Shown one piece after another: positions 10,222 to 20,328 of a DNA stretch of 64,000 nucleotides; position 1 is the first letter of the stretch, and the number at the start of each line of letters is the position of its first letter. The translations under genes and the position numbers were made by a program. The stretch is from the NCBI GenBank assembly GCA_963835065.1, contig CAWIEK010000045.1, forward strand, positions 83,804 to 147,803, in the 5' to 3' direction. A model generated the notes under the pieces. It had not been told where the DNA came from and ran no database searches. It saw only the letters and a program-made list of their open reading frames with translations. The stretch comes from an uncultured Chthonomonadaceae bacterium. Its GTDB lineage: Bacteria; Armatimonadota; Chthonomonadetes; Chthonomonadales; Chthonomonadaceae.

Positions 10222-10545
10222 ATGAATACTCCCACCGGCTTTTTCCACAATGTTTACTTCTGGCTGCGCGAGGCGGGTAATACCGCACAGGCCGAGCAAC
10301 TGGCGCAGGGCTGCCGACAATTCCTGTCTTCCATTCCCGGCGTTTTGCGGCTGGAAGTGGGTTTTCCCGCAGGCACGGAACGCGAGGTTGTAGACAATTC
10401 TTACGGCGTTGCGCTGCTTGTCGAGTTTGCGGATGCGGACGCCCATGATGTGTATCAGGAACATCCCGATCATTTGCGCTTCATTGCGGAGTGCAGCCCG
10501 CTGTGGTCACGAGTGCAGGTTTACGATACGAAAGTTACTCTATGA
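10222..10545 (+). CDS. Dabb family stress-responsive A/B barrel protein
   Basis: HNVYFWL ... YQEHPDH..F ... VQVYD. Confidence 0.88.
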   Translation: MNTPTGFFHNVYFWLREAGNTAQAEQLAQGCRQFLSSIPGVLRLEVGFPAGTEREVVDNSYGVALLVEFADADAHDVYQEHPDHLRFIAECSPLWSRVQVYDTKVTL

Positions 10546-13087
10546 AACTTCCTTTTTCCTTTGTGTCCGGGCTGGTTTGCTGCGGTTTCGTGGCGGCGGT
10601 TCTGATGCCGTTTTCGCCCGTTTCCGCGCAGGGTACGCAGGCCGATTATGACCGCGCCAATCATCTGGATCGCTTGTTGGGCGGCAAAGTGGTTCATGGC
10701 GCGGTTCGTCCCAACTGGATAGGCAACGGCAGCCGCTTCTGGTATCGCAGCGATCTGGCGGACGGCAAGCGCGAATTCGTTGTTGTGGATGCCGCCGCGT
10801 CCGTGAAGAAACCGGCATTCGATCACGTCCGCATGGCGCAGGCTTTGACGGCAACATTAGGCAAAGCTGTTACGGCGGAACGGCTGCCAATTGACAGCCT
10901 TGCGTTTGCGCCGGACAATGATACCCTTCGCGTTCAGGCAGGTGGGAAAACCTACGTCTGCGACCTGCAAACCTACGCGCTGCATCTGGAACCGAAAGCT
11001 ATTACGCAAGCGAACGGCCTTGCGCCTGATGCCGGGCCGCGCGCTTCCCTGCGCACCGGCGATGAAACAACGCTTACCTTTCAGAACGACCTCAAGGAGA
11101 ATATCGCGCTGTTCTGGCTGGACACGGACGGGCAGCGCAAGCCCTACGGAACTCTGAAACCGGGTGAGCGGCGCGACATGCACACGTATGCGGGGCACGT
11201 CTGGCTTGTTGTGGACAGCAACGGCAAACCCCTGTCAAAATGGATTGGGGCAGATACGCCCGATGTCGCCGTTATCAACGGCCTCGCGCTGGCTTCCGCG
11301 CCGCGTCCGCGCCGACAAAGCGCCCGCCGTCAGGATGGCATTACTTCGCCCGACAGCAAATGGCGCGTTGTCTTCCGTGACAACAATGTCGTCCTCGTGG
11401 ACGCGCAGAGTGGACAGGAAACGCGGCTTCACGCAAGGATGGAACGCCCGATGATCGCTATAATGACGGCCCGTACTGGTCGCCCGACTCGTCCCGATTT
11501 CGTGGTAATGAAAACCGTTCCCGCGCAGGAGCATAAAGTCTATCTGGTGGAATCTTCTCCAAAAGATCAGGAACAGCCTAAAGTTCATATCAACGACTAT
11601 CTGAAACCCGGCGACCGTATCGCGCACCCGCGCCCGCACCTGTTTGACGTTGACCACGAAGCGCGATATTCCTATTGCCGATACCCTCTTTCCCAACCCG
11701 TGGGAACTCAGCGACTTGCAATGGGAACCGGATTCATCGCGCTTTACCATCCTGTACAATCAGCGCGGGCATCAAGTGATGCGGCTTATTGGCGTAAACG
11801 CGCAAACCGGCGAAGCGCGGGCGGTCATTGACGAGCAGGCGAAAACGTTTATTGACTGGACGAACAAGGTTTACCTGCACCGCCTGCCTCCAACCCATGA
11901 AGCCGTCTGGATGTCGGAACGGGACGGCTGGAACCACCTGTATTTGTACGATACCGCAGCGGGAAGCGTGAAAAACCAGATTACGAAGGGCAATTGGGTT
12001 GTGCGCGGCGTGGATCGCGTGGACGACGCCAAACGGCAGATATGGTTTCGGGCGGGCGGGCTTGTGCCGGGTCAGAGACCCCTACTACGTTCATTTTTGC
12101 CGCATCAATTTCGATGGAACCGGCCTGACCGATCTTACTCCCGGCGATGGCACGCACACGATTGCCGCTTCGCCGGATGGCGCGTACCTGATTGACACCT
12201 ACTCCCGCATGGACATGCCGCCCGTTTCGGAACTGCGCCGGACAAGCGACGGGAGCAAGGTTCTGGATTTGGAAAAAGCGGACGCTTCCGCCCTGCTGGC
12301 AACAGGCTGGCAAATGCCGGAGCGCTTTGTCGCTAAAGGACGGGACGGCGTGACCGACATTTACGGCGTGATTGTTCGTCCCACCAACTTCAACCCGAAG
12401 CGCAAATACCCGGTTGTGGAAAACATTTATGCGGGGCCGCAGGGTTCGTTCGTCCCTAAAGCGTTTGCGCCCGCCAACGGCCTGCAAGCGATGGCGGAAT
12501 TGGGCTTTATCGTGGTGCAGAGTGACGGCATGGGAACCAACTTCCGCTCCAAAGCCTTCCATGACGTGTGCTGGAAAAACCTTTCGGACGCGGGCTTCCC
12601 GGATCGCATCCGCTGGATACAGGCCGCCGCCGCCAAATATCCGTTTATGGATTTAACCCGCGTCGGCATTTACGGCACGTCAGCGGGCGGGCAGAACGCT
12701 TTGGGCGGACTGTTGCTGCACGGGGATTTTTACAAGGCGGGCGTGGCGGACTGCGGCTGCCATGACAACCGCATGGATAAAATCTGGTGGAACGAGCAGT
12801 GGATGGGCTGGCCCATCGGCCCCGAATACGCGGCAAACTCCAATGTCACGCTTGCGCCGAAATTGACGGGCAAACTGCTGCTCATGGTGGGCGAAATGGA
12901 CACGAACGTAGACCCCGCCAGCACCATGCAGGTCGTGAACGCGCTGATCAAGGCCGACAAAGACTTTGAACTGCTCGTCATGCCGGGACAGGGGCATGGC
13001 GTGGTCGGCTCCCCCTACGGCAAACGGCGCTTGCAGGACTTCCTCGTCCGCGCCCTCCTCCACGTGGAACCCCGCGCCACGCAGTAA
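10542..13087 (+). CDS. S9B dipeptidyl peptidase IV-like peptidase with VHL-beta domain; several 1-bp frameshifts (~11430, ~11500, ~11650, ~12075)
   Basis: Pieces in three frames join into signal peptide, VHL-like domain, DPP IV propeller and catalytic GTSAGG / DTNVD / GQGH. Confidence 0.85.
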
Positions 13088-13088
13088 A

Positions 13089-13337
13089 AGGATGAAGGAT
13101 AAAAAAAGGATATGTAGAGGCAGCGTCGAAATCTTGGCAATACAGCGCTTCCAGCCCGATGTCTCGTTGTGTCAGGTTGTAGGAGAGAGGCGTCGTGACC
13201 TCGTAAGCGTCAGGGCGGATGGGAGGAGTGGAACATGGATGTGTGCCTCCTTCCTATATAGTAGACGTTTGTACTTTATAGACAGGTTGCGTGGGGCAAA
13301 GGTTTCTCTTTTTTCGCGTTGTGCGGCTCTTTTTTTT
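13089..13337 (-). ncRNA. Putative small RNA / sORF cassette, copy 1 (copy 2 at 35833-36118)
   Basis: 13124-13217 matches 35886-35979 at 93/94 nt. Promoter-like, SD/ATG and T-run elements are conserved around the core. Function and strand are inferred. Confidence 0.5.
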
Positions 13338-13371
13338 ATACTTTTTGCTGGATTGTTGCTGTTGGGGGCTT

Positions 13372-13540
13372 CTACCCTCATCCGGCCTTCGGCCACCTTC
13401 TCCCTGCAAGGGAGAAGGCTAAGGTGGTAGTTGAGTGCGTTGATTAAAGGTTTGTGTTTACGTGCAACGCTTCCGCACTCGCTCCCCTCTCCCTAGCGAG
13501 GTACGAGCGGTGCAGGGAGAGGGGCCGGGGGTGAGGGTAG
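13372..13540. repeat. Inverted pair of REP-like palindromes
   Basis: CCCTCATCCGGCCTTCGGCCACCTTCTCCC..GGGAGAAGG and CTCCCCTCTCCC...GGGAGAGGGGCCGGGGGTGAGGG, with shared inverted ends CTACCCTCA/TGAGGGTAG. Confidence 0.75.
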
Positions 13541-13544
13541 AGGC

Positions 13545-14438
13545 TTACGTTTCGCGCTCCTCTTCCGTACTCAGGCGCAGGCGTAGTGCGGCGGGGTCGG
13601 GAGTGGCGTCTTCGGCGCTCACAGGGCGCAGCAGTTGGTTTGTCGGCGTATCGCTTCGTTCCTCAGACGGGCGCAGCAGAGTTGCAACGGCTACTGGCTC
13701 ACGCTCAGGCCGCAGCAGGAAGTCTTTGCCTTCCTCGCGCGCAACACGTTCCCGAATGACCTCGGCGCAATGCTCGGCGGCAATGCGAACCGCTTTTGTG
13801 CTGTAATGGTCGGTGAGAAGCATTTCTATATCTGCTAAATCCTGTTTGTCGCCGATGTGTTCCAGCGCTCGTAAAGCCGACAGAGCAGGTTTATCTGAAC
13901 GCGCAATACTGTAAGCAGGGTTTCTACACAAGGAGAAGGCGTATCTACGCAGAATTTGCCGTTGCTCTATATTCAAGATGCCCGCATCTTGAGATTGGAT
14001 TAGAGGCAGCAATCGGTATACTGCATTCATACTTGCTGTATGAATGGTACTGTGTCTGTCGCGGGTGTAGGGCGCATGGTCGCACAAATCAAGGATAGTG
14101 CCTAGCAGCGCAGGGCTTTGTGCAGTCTCAACAAATTGCACCAGCCTATTGATGTCCTGCTCATCTTGGCGTAGTTCGAGTGTAAACAAAACTGTTGTCA
14201 GCGTACCGATAACGATGATGAGCAACCCACGCCAGAGGAAGAAAGTCGAACCACTCCACAATGACCAGAGGAGGTAAGTAGAACTACAAAGAGACTTGCA
14301 GCGCATGTAAATGCTCCCGCGCCCATGTTGCGTCTGGTGCTGCGCCGTAGCCGCGCCACAATTGCCCGGAACTCATCGGGAGTGAGTTGGGGCAGTTTCG
14401 GCAGATAGTTCCGTTGTATTGGGCGAGGTTGGCTGCAT
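13545..14438 (-). CDS. Membrane protein with HEAT-like helices and triple LLRP tail; frameshifted 5' part
   Basis: ORF 13545-14306 plus upstream frames (LTPDEFRAIVARLRR...). Tail FLLRP..TLLRP..QLLRP. Start uncertain. Confidence 0.65.
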
Positions 14439-14625
14439 AGCGTAGTATTCCGCGCCGTGTGGGGATTTCCTGCTGCTGTTGCAGCGTTTGGCGGATGGCA
14501 ATTTCCAAAGCCGGGAACAATTCTCCGGTATCGCTGCATCTTATAGGAGCCTATGGCGCGTATAGTAACATATACGCGCTTATTTTGCTCGTATTCGCAA
14601 CGTTATCAGTCCTGTGAATGTTCCT

Positions 14626-15721
14626 ATGATCCTGACCAACCGCTTACAGCAATTCCGTTCCGCCGTGAAACTTCATGCCTGGCCCAGACATGCGCGCAAA
14701 CTCGCCCATTTGGAAGCCGCCGGGATTCGCACGACGGCTGCCGTCATTATCCCCCTCCTGCTCGGCCAGTTCACCAACCACATCCTCATTGGCCTGATGG
14801 TCGGCATCGGGGCGCTGAACGTGTGCGGCGCGGATAAAAAAGGCGCGACACTGGGCACGATGCTGATAACGACCTTCGGCGCGGCGCTTGCCTTCTGGCT
14901 CGGAACGCTGGCGGGAAACATGCCCCTCCTGTCTGTCGGGCTGATGTTCTTTTACGCTTTTATCGGCGGCATGTTGGGGGTGTACGGAGAGGTTCCCGGA
15001 CAAGTAGGGTTTGTCGTTTCGCTTGTCTTTGCGACCGCGCTTGGCTTGCCCGGCAATGCCGCCGCCGCCGCGGAACGTATGATCGAAGTCGGCAGCGGCG
15101 GATTGTGGGCGACCGCCGCTGACACTGCTGCTCTGGAAGTGGGAGTTGAAGCGCGTTCCCTGGCTGTCGCGCCGCGCCCGGTCGCAAAGCGCGTACCGGG
15201 TCAGCCGCCTGCAAACCTGGGCGCACAAGTGGAAACGGAACCTGACGCTCCATTCCGAGGTGTTTCAACACGCCCTGCGCATCGCGGTTATTTCCGCGTT
15301 AAGCGTCGCGCTGTACAAAACCATCCCGTTTCAGCATGGGCTGTGGCTCACGCTGACCGTCTTGATTGTCGTCAAGCCGGCGTACACGGATACCCGCAAA
15401 CGCGCACTGGAACGTATTTTGGGCACACTGGCGGGAGGCGCGCTGGCCTTCATCATTGCCGCTACCATTCGCAACACCATTGCGGTAGACATTGTGATGC
15501 TGCTCCTGTGCGCCATCGCCTACTCGCACCAGCAAACAGATTACGGCCTGTATGTCGTCTTCCTGACGCCGTTTGTCCTGATGATGCTCAGTATCGCCGA
15601 ACCAAACAGCCCGCCCCTGACCCTGACGCGCATGTTCGACACGCTCATCGGCGGCGGAATTGCTCTGATGCTCGCCTATTTGATGCGTCCGCGCGGTCAT
15701 AAGTTGATAGTTGATAGTTGA
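14626..15721 (+). CDS. FUSC/YccS-YhfK family membrane protein, frameshift ~15110
   Basis: N-terminal TM domain in one frame; FQHALRIAV, HGLWLTLTVLIVVKP, RALERILGT, RMFDTLIGG in the next. Confidence 0.82.
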
Positions 15722-15812
15722 TAGTTGATAGCCTAATGCTCGCGCTGAACTGAGCGGTGTGCGGAAGGTTCGTGGTTCCTGCACCCCTATCAACAATCAA
15801 CTACTCAACTCT
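15702..15812. repeat. Inverted heptamer arrays (AGTTGAT)n ... (ATCAACT-like)n
   Basis: Read directly between the convergent FUSC and AKR genes. Confidence 0.75.
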
Positions 15813-16985
15813 CACTCTGGCGTTTTTGCGCATTGCCGCCGAGTAAATCATGGGCGGAACGCAGGATGTGGGGGATTTTGGCGGCAAACGGGGAGTGTGA
15901 AAGAATTGCGCAAGCGCGGCTTCGTCAACCTCTGCCGCATTGTTGCCGGGCTGCCAGTGATCCGCGTGGCCGAGCAGGTTGTAGCGCGACTTGCCCCACT
16001 CTTCCAAATTCAGCGAACGCGCATACGTCCACAGCCGCAGGATTTCCAGCACGTTGACGCTGCCGGGAATGTCCGTATGTTCCGGCAAGCCCTTCCACCA
16101 GCCCGCCATCCATTCCGCGCCCAACGTCCGCTCCATTTCCGCCCGTATGCGCTGTTCAATCGGCGCAATCACGTCAGGAATGTTGTTGTAATGCGCGAGG
16201 GCTTCCACATGCGCGTCAAAATCCGAGGGACGGGATGCGCCGATACTGAGCGTATGCACTTCGGGGTGAGACAGGCAGTACAGATCGTTGAACTGCATGG
16301 GCGACAGCGGCTCGCACAATTCGACAAACTTTTCCGAGGGCTTTTGCAGCATCCCGCCCTTGTCGGTGGGCGAAATGATGAACACGCCCATGTCGTGCCG
16401 CGTGGCCGCTTCAATCGCCGCCCAATTGAGGTCATTCACAAAGTACCAGTGCAGGTTGACATAATCGAACTCGCCCGTTTCAATGGCTTTCACAATCGCG
16501 CTGCACGGCCCATGCGTGGAAAACCCAACATGGCGTACGCGCCCGTCCTTTTGCAACTGCCGCGCCGCTTCCAGACTTCCGCCCGGCTGCAAAACCTGCG
16601 TCAGCAATTCCGGCGTGTTCAGGCCGTGAAACGCAAGGAGGTCTACATATTCCAGATTGAGATAGTTCAGTGAGGTATTGAAGTTGTCCAGAAACTTTTG
16701 CGCCGTCGGCTCCGGTCCCACTTTGGTCTGCACAATCAGCCGTTCCCGCGCAATCTGCGGCAGGACGCGCCCCAACTGCATTTCGCTCGACCCGTACCCC
16801 CGCGCCGTTTCAATATGGTTGATGCCGAGTTCCAGAGCGCGGTGTATCGTGGCCTCCAGATTCGCCTGCCCGTCTGCGGGTATCTCGTCGGGCGCAACAT
16901 CCTGCCATTTGTACTGATAGCGCATCCCGCCACACGACAGCACGGGCATGGACAGTTCGGTACGGCCAAATCGTCGGTGATTCAT
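15805..16985 (-). CDS. Aldo/keto reductase, probable frameshift near the 3' end (~15895)
   Basis: RRFGRTELSMPVLSCGGMRYQ, GINHIETARGYGSSE. The true C-terminus probably continues PFAAKIPHILRSAHDLLGGNAQKRQSES in another frame. Confidence 0.9.
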
Positions 16986-17003
16986 GGGGTCTCCGGGGCG
17001 TTA

Positions 17004-17094
17004 GAGCCTATCCCAATAGGCCGGATATTGAAAATACCCGGCAGGAAAGTGCAAGCGTCTTTCAGACGCGAATTCGCGCCTATTGGATAGGCTC
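17004..17094. mobile_element. 91-bp MITE, copy 1 (IS5-like ends, TTA target duplication)
   Basis: TIRs GAGCCTATCCCAATAGG / CCTATTGGATAGGCTC flanked by TTA at 17001-17003 and 17095-17097; near-identical copy at 39228. Confidence 0.88.
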
Positions 17095-17098
17095 TTAA

Positions 17099-17815
17099 TT
17101 AAGACTTCGTAAACCATTGCGCCGCCTCCAGCGCAATTGATTCGGGAACCGTGTGCGGGCCGTCGAATTCATGGTACGTCACATCATATCCCGCCTGTTG
17201 GAACGAGGGCACAAGGCGACGACTGCACCGATCAACAGGCAGAACTTGATCGTGTGTTCCATGCGCCACATAAAGGCGCGGCGCTCCCTCCTGCCACGCA
17301 GGCGCGGCGAAACCGGGCGAAAATGCAATTACATGCGTAAACAGGCCGCCATTCATCAGCCCCAATGACAGCGCATAGCTCGCCCCGTCGGAAAAACCTT
17401 CCAAAGCAATGTGAGCAGGATCTATCGCGCAGCGCCCAAAAGTTTCCGCCAGCAGATCGTCTATACGCGCCACGTCCGGCCCATACCTGCCCATCAGCAT
17501 ATCCCACGTTGCTCCCTGCGAATTGACCGCCAGCAGCAGCAAGCCAAACTCGTCAGACAGCGGCAAGAAGGGACGCAGTCCTCCGTCCGCATTCCCGCCC
17601 GCGCCGTGCAGCATAACCACGAGCGGCGCGGGCGTGGCAGCATCATACCCCGGCGGCACAACCAGTATGCCGCCGGACTGTCCACTCGAATCAAGCGCGT
17701 ACCGACCGGGCGCTATCCGGTCAGCAACAGCGTTTTCAGTTATGCCGCCGGGACGGGATTGTAAGCGTCCTGCTGCGGCTTCCTGACGGCGTGAACTCTG
17801 TCTTTTAGGGCGCAT
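17099..17815 (-). CDS. Phospholipase/carboxylesterase (alpha/beta hydrolase)
   Basis: LHGAGG, GFSDGASYA, HGTHDQVLP, FDGPH. Confidence 0.9.
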   Translation of the reverse strand: MRPKRQSSRRQEAAAGRLQSRPGGITENAVADRIAPGRYALDSSGQSGGILVVPPGYDAATPAPLVVMLHGAGGNADGGLRPFLPLSDEFGLLLLAVNSQGATWDMLMGRYGPDVARIDDLLAETFGRCAIDPAHIALEGFSDGASYALSLGLMNGGLFTHVIAFSPGFAAPAWQEGAPRLYVAHGTHDQVLPVDRCSRRLVPSFQQAGYDVTYHEFDGPHTVPESIALEAAQWFTKS

Positions 17816-17912
17816 GGGCTTTCACTTCTGCCTGTAAGGGTAAAACATTCCTTACAAGGCACATTTCTACTTGATACCATCTACCTATCTACCATCTACC
17901 CATCTACCTCCA

Positions 17913-19520
17913 CTACCATTTCGCCGCTTTTTGCGCTTCCGGCAGGGGGTACTTTGCCAGATAATCCTCATACGTGCCCGGAAAGTCAATCAGGCCGTCG
18001 GGCGTGAAGGACAGGATTCGGGTCGCGGCTTCAGAAATCAGATCGCGGTCGTGGGAGACGAGCAGCACGGTTCCGGCGAACTGTGACAAGCCTTCGCCGA
18101 GCGCGTTGACGGCTTCCAGATCAAGATGGTTGGTCGGCTCGTCGAAAATCAAGACCGGGTGCTTTTCCAGCATCAGTTTCGCCATGAGCAGCCGCGCTGA
18201 TTCGCCGCCCGATAACTTGTCCGTAGACTTGACCGCTTCTTCTCCCGCGAACAGCATCCGTCCGAGCAGGCCGCGCACGATCTGATGATCGTGGTTCGGC
18301 TCGAACTGCATCAGCCATTCCACCATCTGAACGCCTTTAGGGATGCTGTCGGAATAGTCCTGCGCGTAATAGCCCCACGTCATGCCGCTGCCCCAACGGA
18401 CGGTTCCGCTGTCAATGGGCAGTTCCCCGATGAGACAACGCAGCAGCGTGGTTTTGCCGATGCCGTTGCCGCCGATGATGGCAACCCGGTCGCCGCGCAT
18501 GATTTCGATGTTGATGTTCTTCAACACGTGGTTGTCGCCAAAGGATTTGTTTAATCCCTTCGCCACGACAACCTCGCGTCCGGCAGGCTTGTTCTGCTCG
18601 AAGCGGATGAACGGGCGCTGAATGTTGGAACGCTTCAACTCCTGCGGTGACAGGCGCTCCATCTCCTTGCGCCGGGACTGCACCTGCGAACTGCGCTGGC
18701 CGGCGGCAAAGCGGGACACAAACTGCTGCAACTGCTCGATTTTCTTGGCCTTGTCGCGGTTGTCGGCTTCGATGCGCGAACGCGCCGACATTTTCTGCTC
18801 CACCATATCGTCGTAGTTGCCGGGATATTGAATGATAGTATCGTAGTCAATGTCGGCGATGTGGGTACAGACGGCGTTGAGGAAGTGGCGGTCGTGCGAA
18901 ATCACGATCAGCGTACCGTCGTACTCCTTCAGAAAGCCTTCCAGCCAGTGAATGGATTCCAAATCCATAAAGTTGGTTGGTTCATCTAATAACAGGGCTT
19001 GCGGATTGCCGAACACGGCCTGCGCCAGCAGGACGCGAAACTTCATGTCGGTAGGCAGCGTGGACATCAAATCCGTGTGCCGTTCGTCGGGCAGGCCGAT
19101 GCCGCGCAGAATCTCCGCCGCTTCGATTTCCGCCATGTAGCCGTTTTCGTCCGCAACAACGGATTCCAGTTCGCCCAAACGGTGCATGGACGCATCCGTA
19201 AATTCCGTCGCGTTGCACAGTATATTGCGCTCTTTGAGGGCTTCCCACAGCGTGGCGTTGCCCATCATCACGGTGTCAATGATGCGCTCATTGTCGAACT
19301 CGAACTGGTTCTGGCGCAGAACGCCGACCTTTTTCGGCTTTGTAACCGTGCCCCGGTTGGTCGGCTCCACGTCGCCGGTCAGGATTTTCATAAACGTGGA
19401 CTTGCCGGCTCCATTGGGGCCGGTCAGCCCGTAGCGGTTGCCCGGCGTAAACTTCACCGAGACATTATCAAACAGCGTTTTGCTGCCGAAAGATTTAGAA
19501 ACTTCGTTTACAGTAATCAT
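17913..19520 (-). CDS. ybiT: ABC-F family ATP-binding protein
   Basis: Two ABC domains and no TM segments; N-terminus FGSKTLFDNVSVKFTPGNRYGLTGPNGAGKSTFMKIL closely resembles YbiT. Confidence 0.88.
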   Translation of the reverse strand: MITVNEVSKSFGSKTLFDNVSVKFTPGNRYGLTGPNGAGKSTFMKILTGDVEPTNRGTVTKPKKVGVLRQNQFEFDNERIIDTVMMGNATLWEALKERNILCNATEFTDASMHRLGELESVVADENGYMAEIEAAEILRGIGLPDERHTDLMSTLPTDMKFRVLLAQAVFGNPQALLLDEPTNFMDLESIHWLEGFLKEYDGTLIVISHDRHFLNAVCTHIADIDYDTIIQYPGNYDDMVEQKMSARSRIEADNRDKAKKIEQLQQFVSRFAAGQRSSQVQSRRKEMERLSPQELKRSNIQRPFIRFEQNKPAGREVVVAKGLNKSFGDNHVLKNINIEIMRGDRVAIIGGNGIGKTTLLRCLIGELPIDSGTVRWGSGMTWGYYAQDYSDSIPKGVQMVEWLMQFEPNHDHQIVRGLLGRMLFAGEEAVKSTDKLSGGESARLLMAKLMLEKHPVLIFDEPTNHLDLEAVNALGEGLSQFAGTVLLVSHDRDLISEAATRILSFTPDGLIDFPGTYEDYLAKYPLPEAQKAAKW

Positions 19521-19886
19521 AATTATGGTAGATGGGTAGATAGGTAGGTGGGTAGATGGGTAGATAATCAAACTTGCAGTCAATCTTGTGAATGAGGCTG
19601 CCGACCAACCATTTACCTATTTACCTGCTTGTCGAAAAAAAAGACGCGCAGTTTGCACGTCAATGTTGTACTCTATTATACTTGATTTTTGCCGGGTTTG
19701 CAGAAGTTTGCAGGTATTTCCCGTAAGACAGCAATGAGGGTTCTTTACTACTAAAAATGTGGTAGGATAATTCAGCAATTCATACGGGAGGATGCTTCGT
19801 CTAACCCATGCCAAGCAACCCTATGCCAAACAGCCTGGAAGATTACACTCGCGCCGCTGAGGAACGACACAGAAAAGGACGTTCGG

Positions 19887-20252
19887 ATGTTGGAACAGTC
19901 CGATACCCCTGAGCCGCGCAAGACGACGCGGATTGTCCGTCCTGCCAAAAAAACCCTGCTGCTGCTCCTGGCAGGAGTGCTTTTGCTTGCCAACGTTGCC
20001 TTGATAGTGGCCGCCCACTATTTACGCCAGCCCACGGACCGCTCCCGATTTTTACCCTCCGCCGTTTATTACCACCGCGTCAAGCGGGGAATGACGCAGG
20101 AGGAAGTTGAAAACGCCTGTGGCAGGCCGGAGTACGCGCAGCAGAAGAATGAACTCGGTGACGAGGCTGAATCCTGGTACTATACGGCTTCGGATGGCGC
20201 CATCGAAATCTTTTTCGACGAAGGCAAGGTCAAACTGATCAGCCGCGAATGA
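19887..20252 (+). CDS. Small membrane-anchored SmpA/OmlA (BamE-like) domain protein
   Basis: TM helix then VKRGMTQEEVENACGRP...ESWYY...IFFDEGKV. Confidence 0.7.
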   Translation: MLEQSDTPEPRKTTRIVRPAKKTLLLLLAGVLLLANVALIVAAHYLRQPTDRSRFLPSAVYYHRVKRGMTQEEVENACGRPEYAQQKNELGDEAESWYYTASDGAIEIFFDEGKVKLISRE

Positions 20253-20328
20253 AATTTTTCGATTTACCGCAGGAAACATTTCTACTGAAATACTTTTCGT
20301 TTTTGAAACGTTCACCTAAGGAGCGGCC

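Noticed and set aside
13111..13217. Cassette core as tmRNA, hammerhead/HDV/twister ribozyme or a known riboswitch
   Set aside because: I could not find the required consensus blocks by eye. An Rfam search is still needed.
13260..13275. AGTAGACGTTTGTACT as a LexA box
   Set aside because: Only partly matches GAAC-N4-GTTC or GTAC-type boxes, and is equally explained as the conserved 5' end of the transcript.
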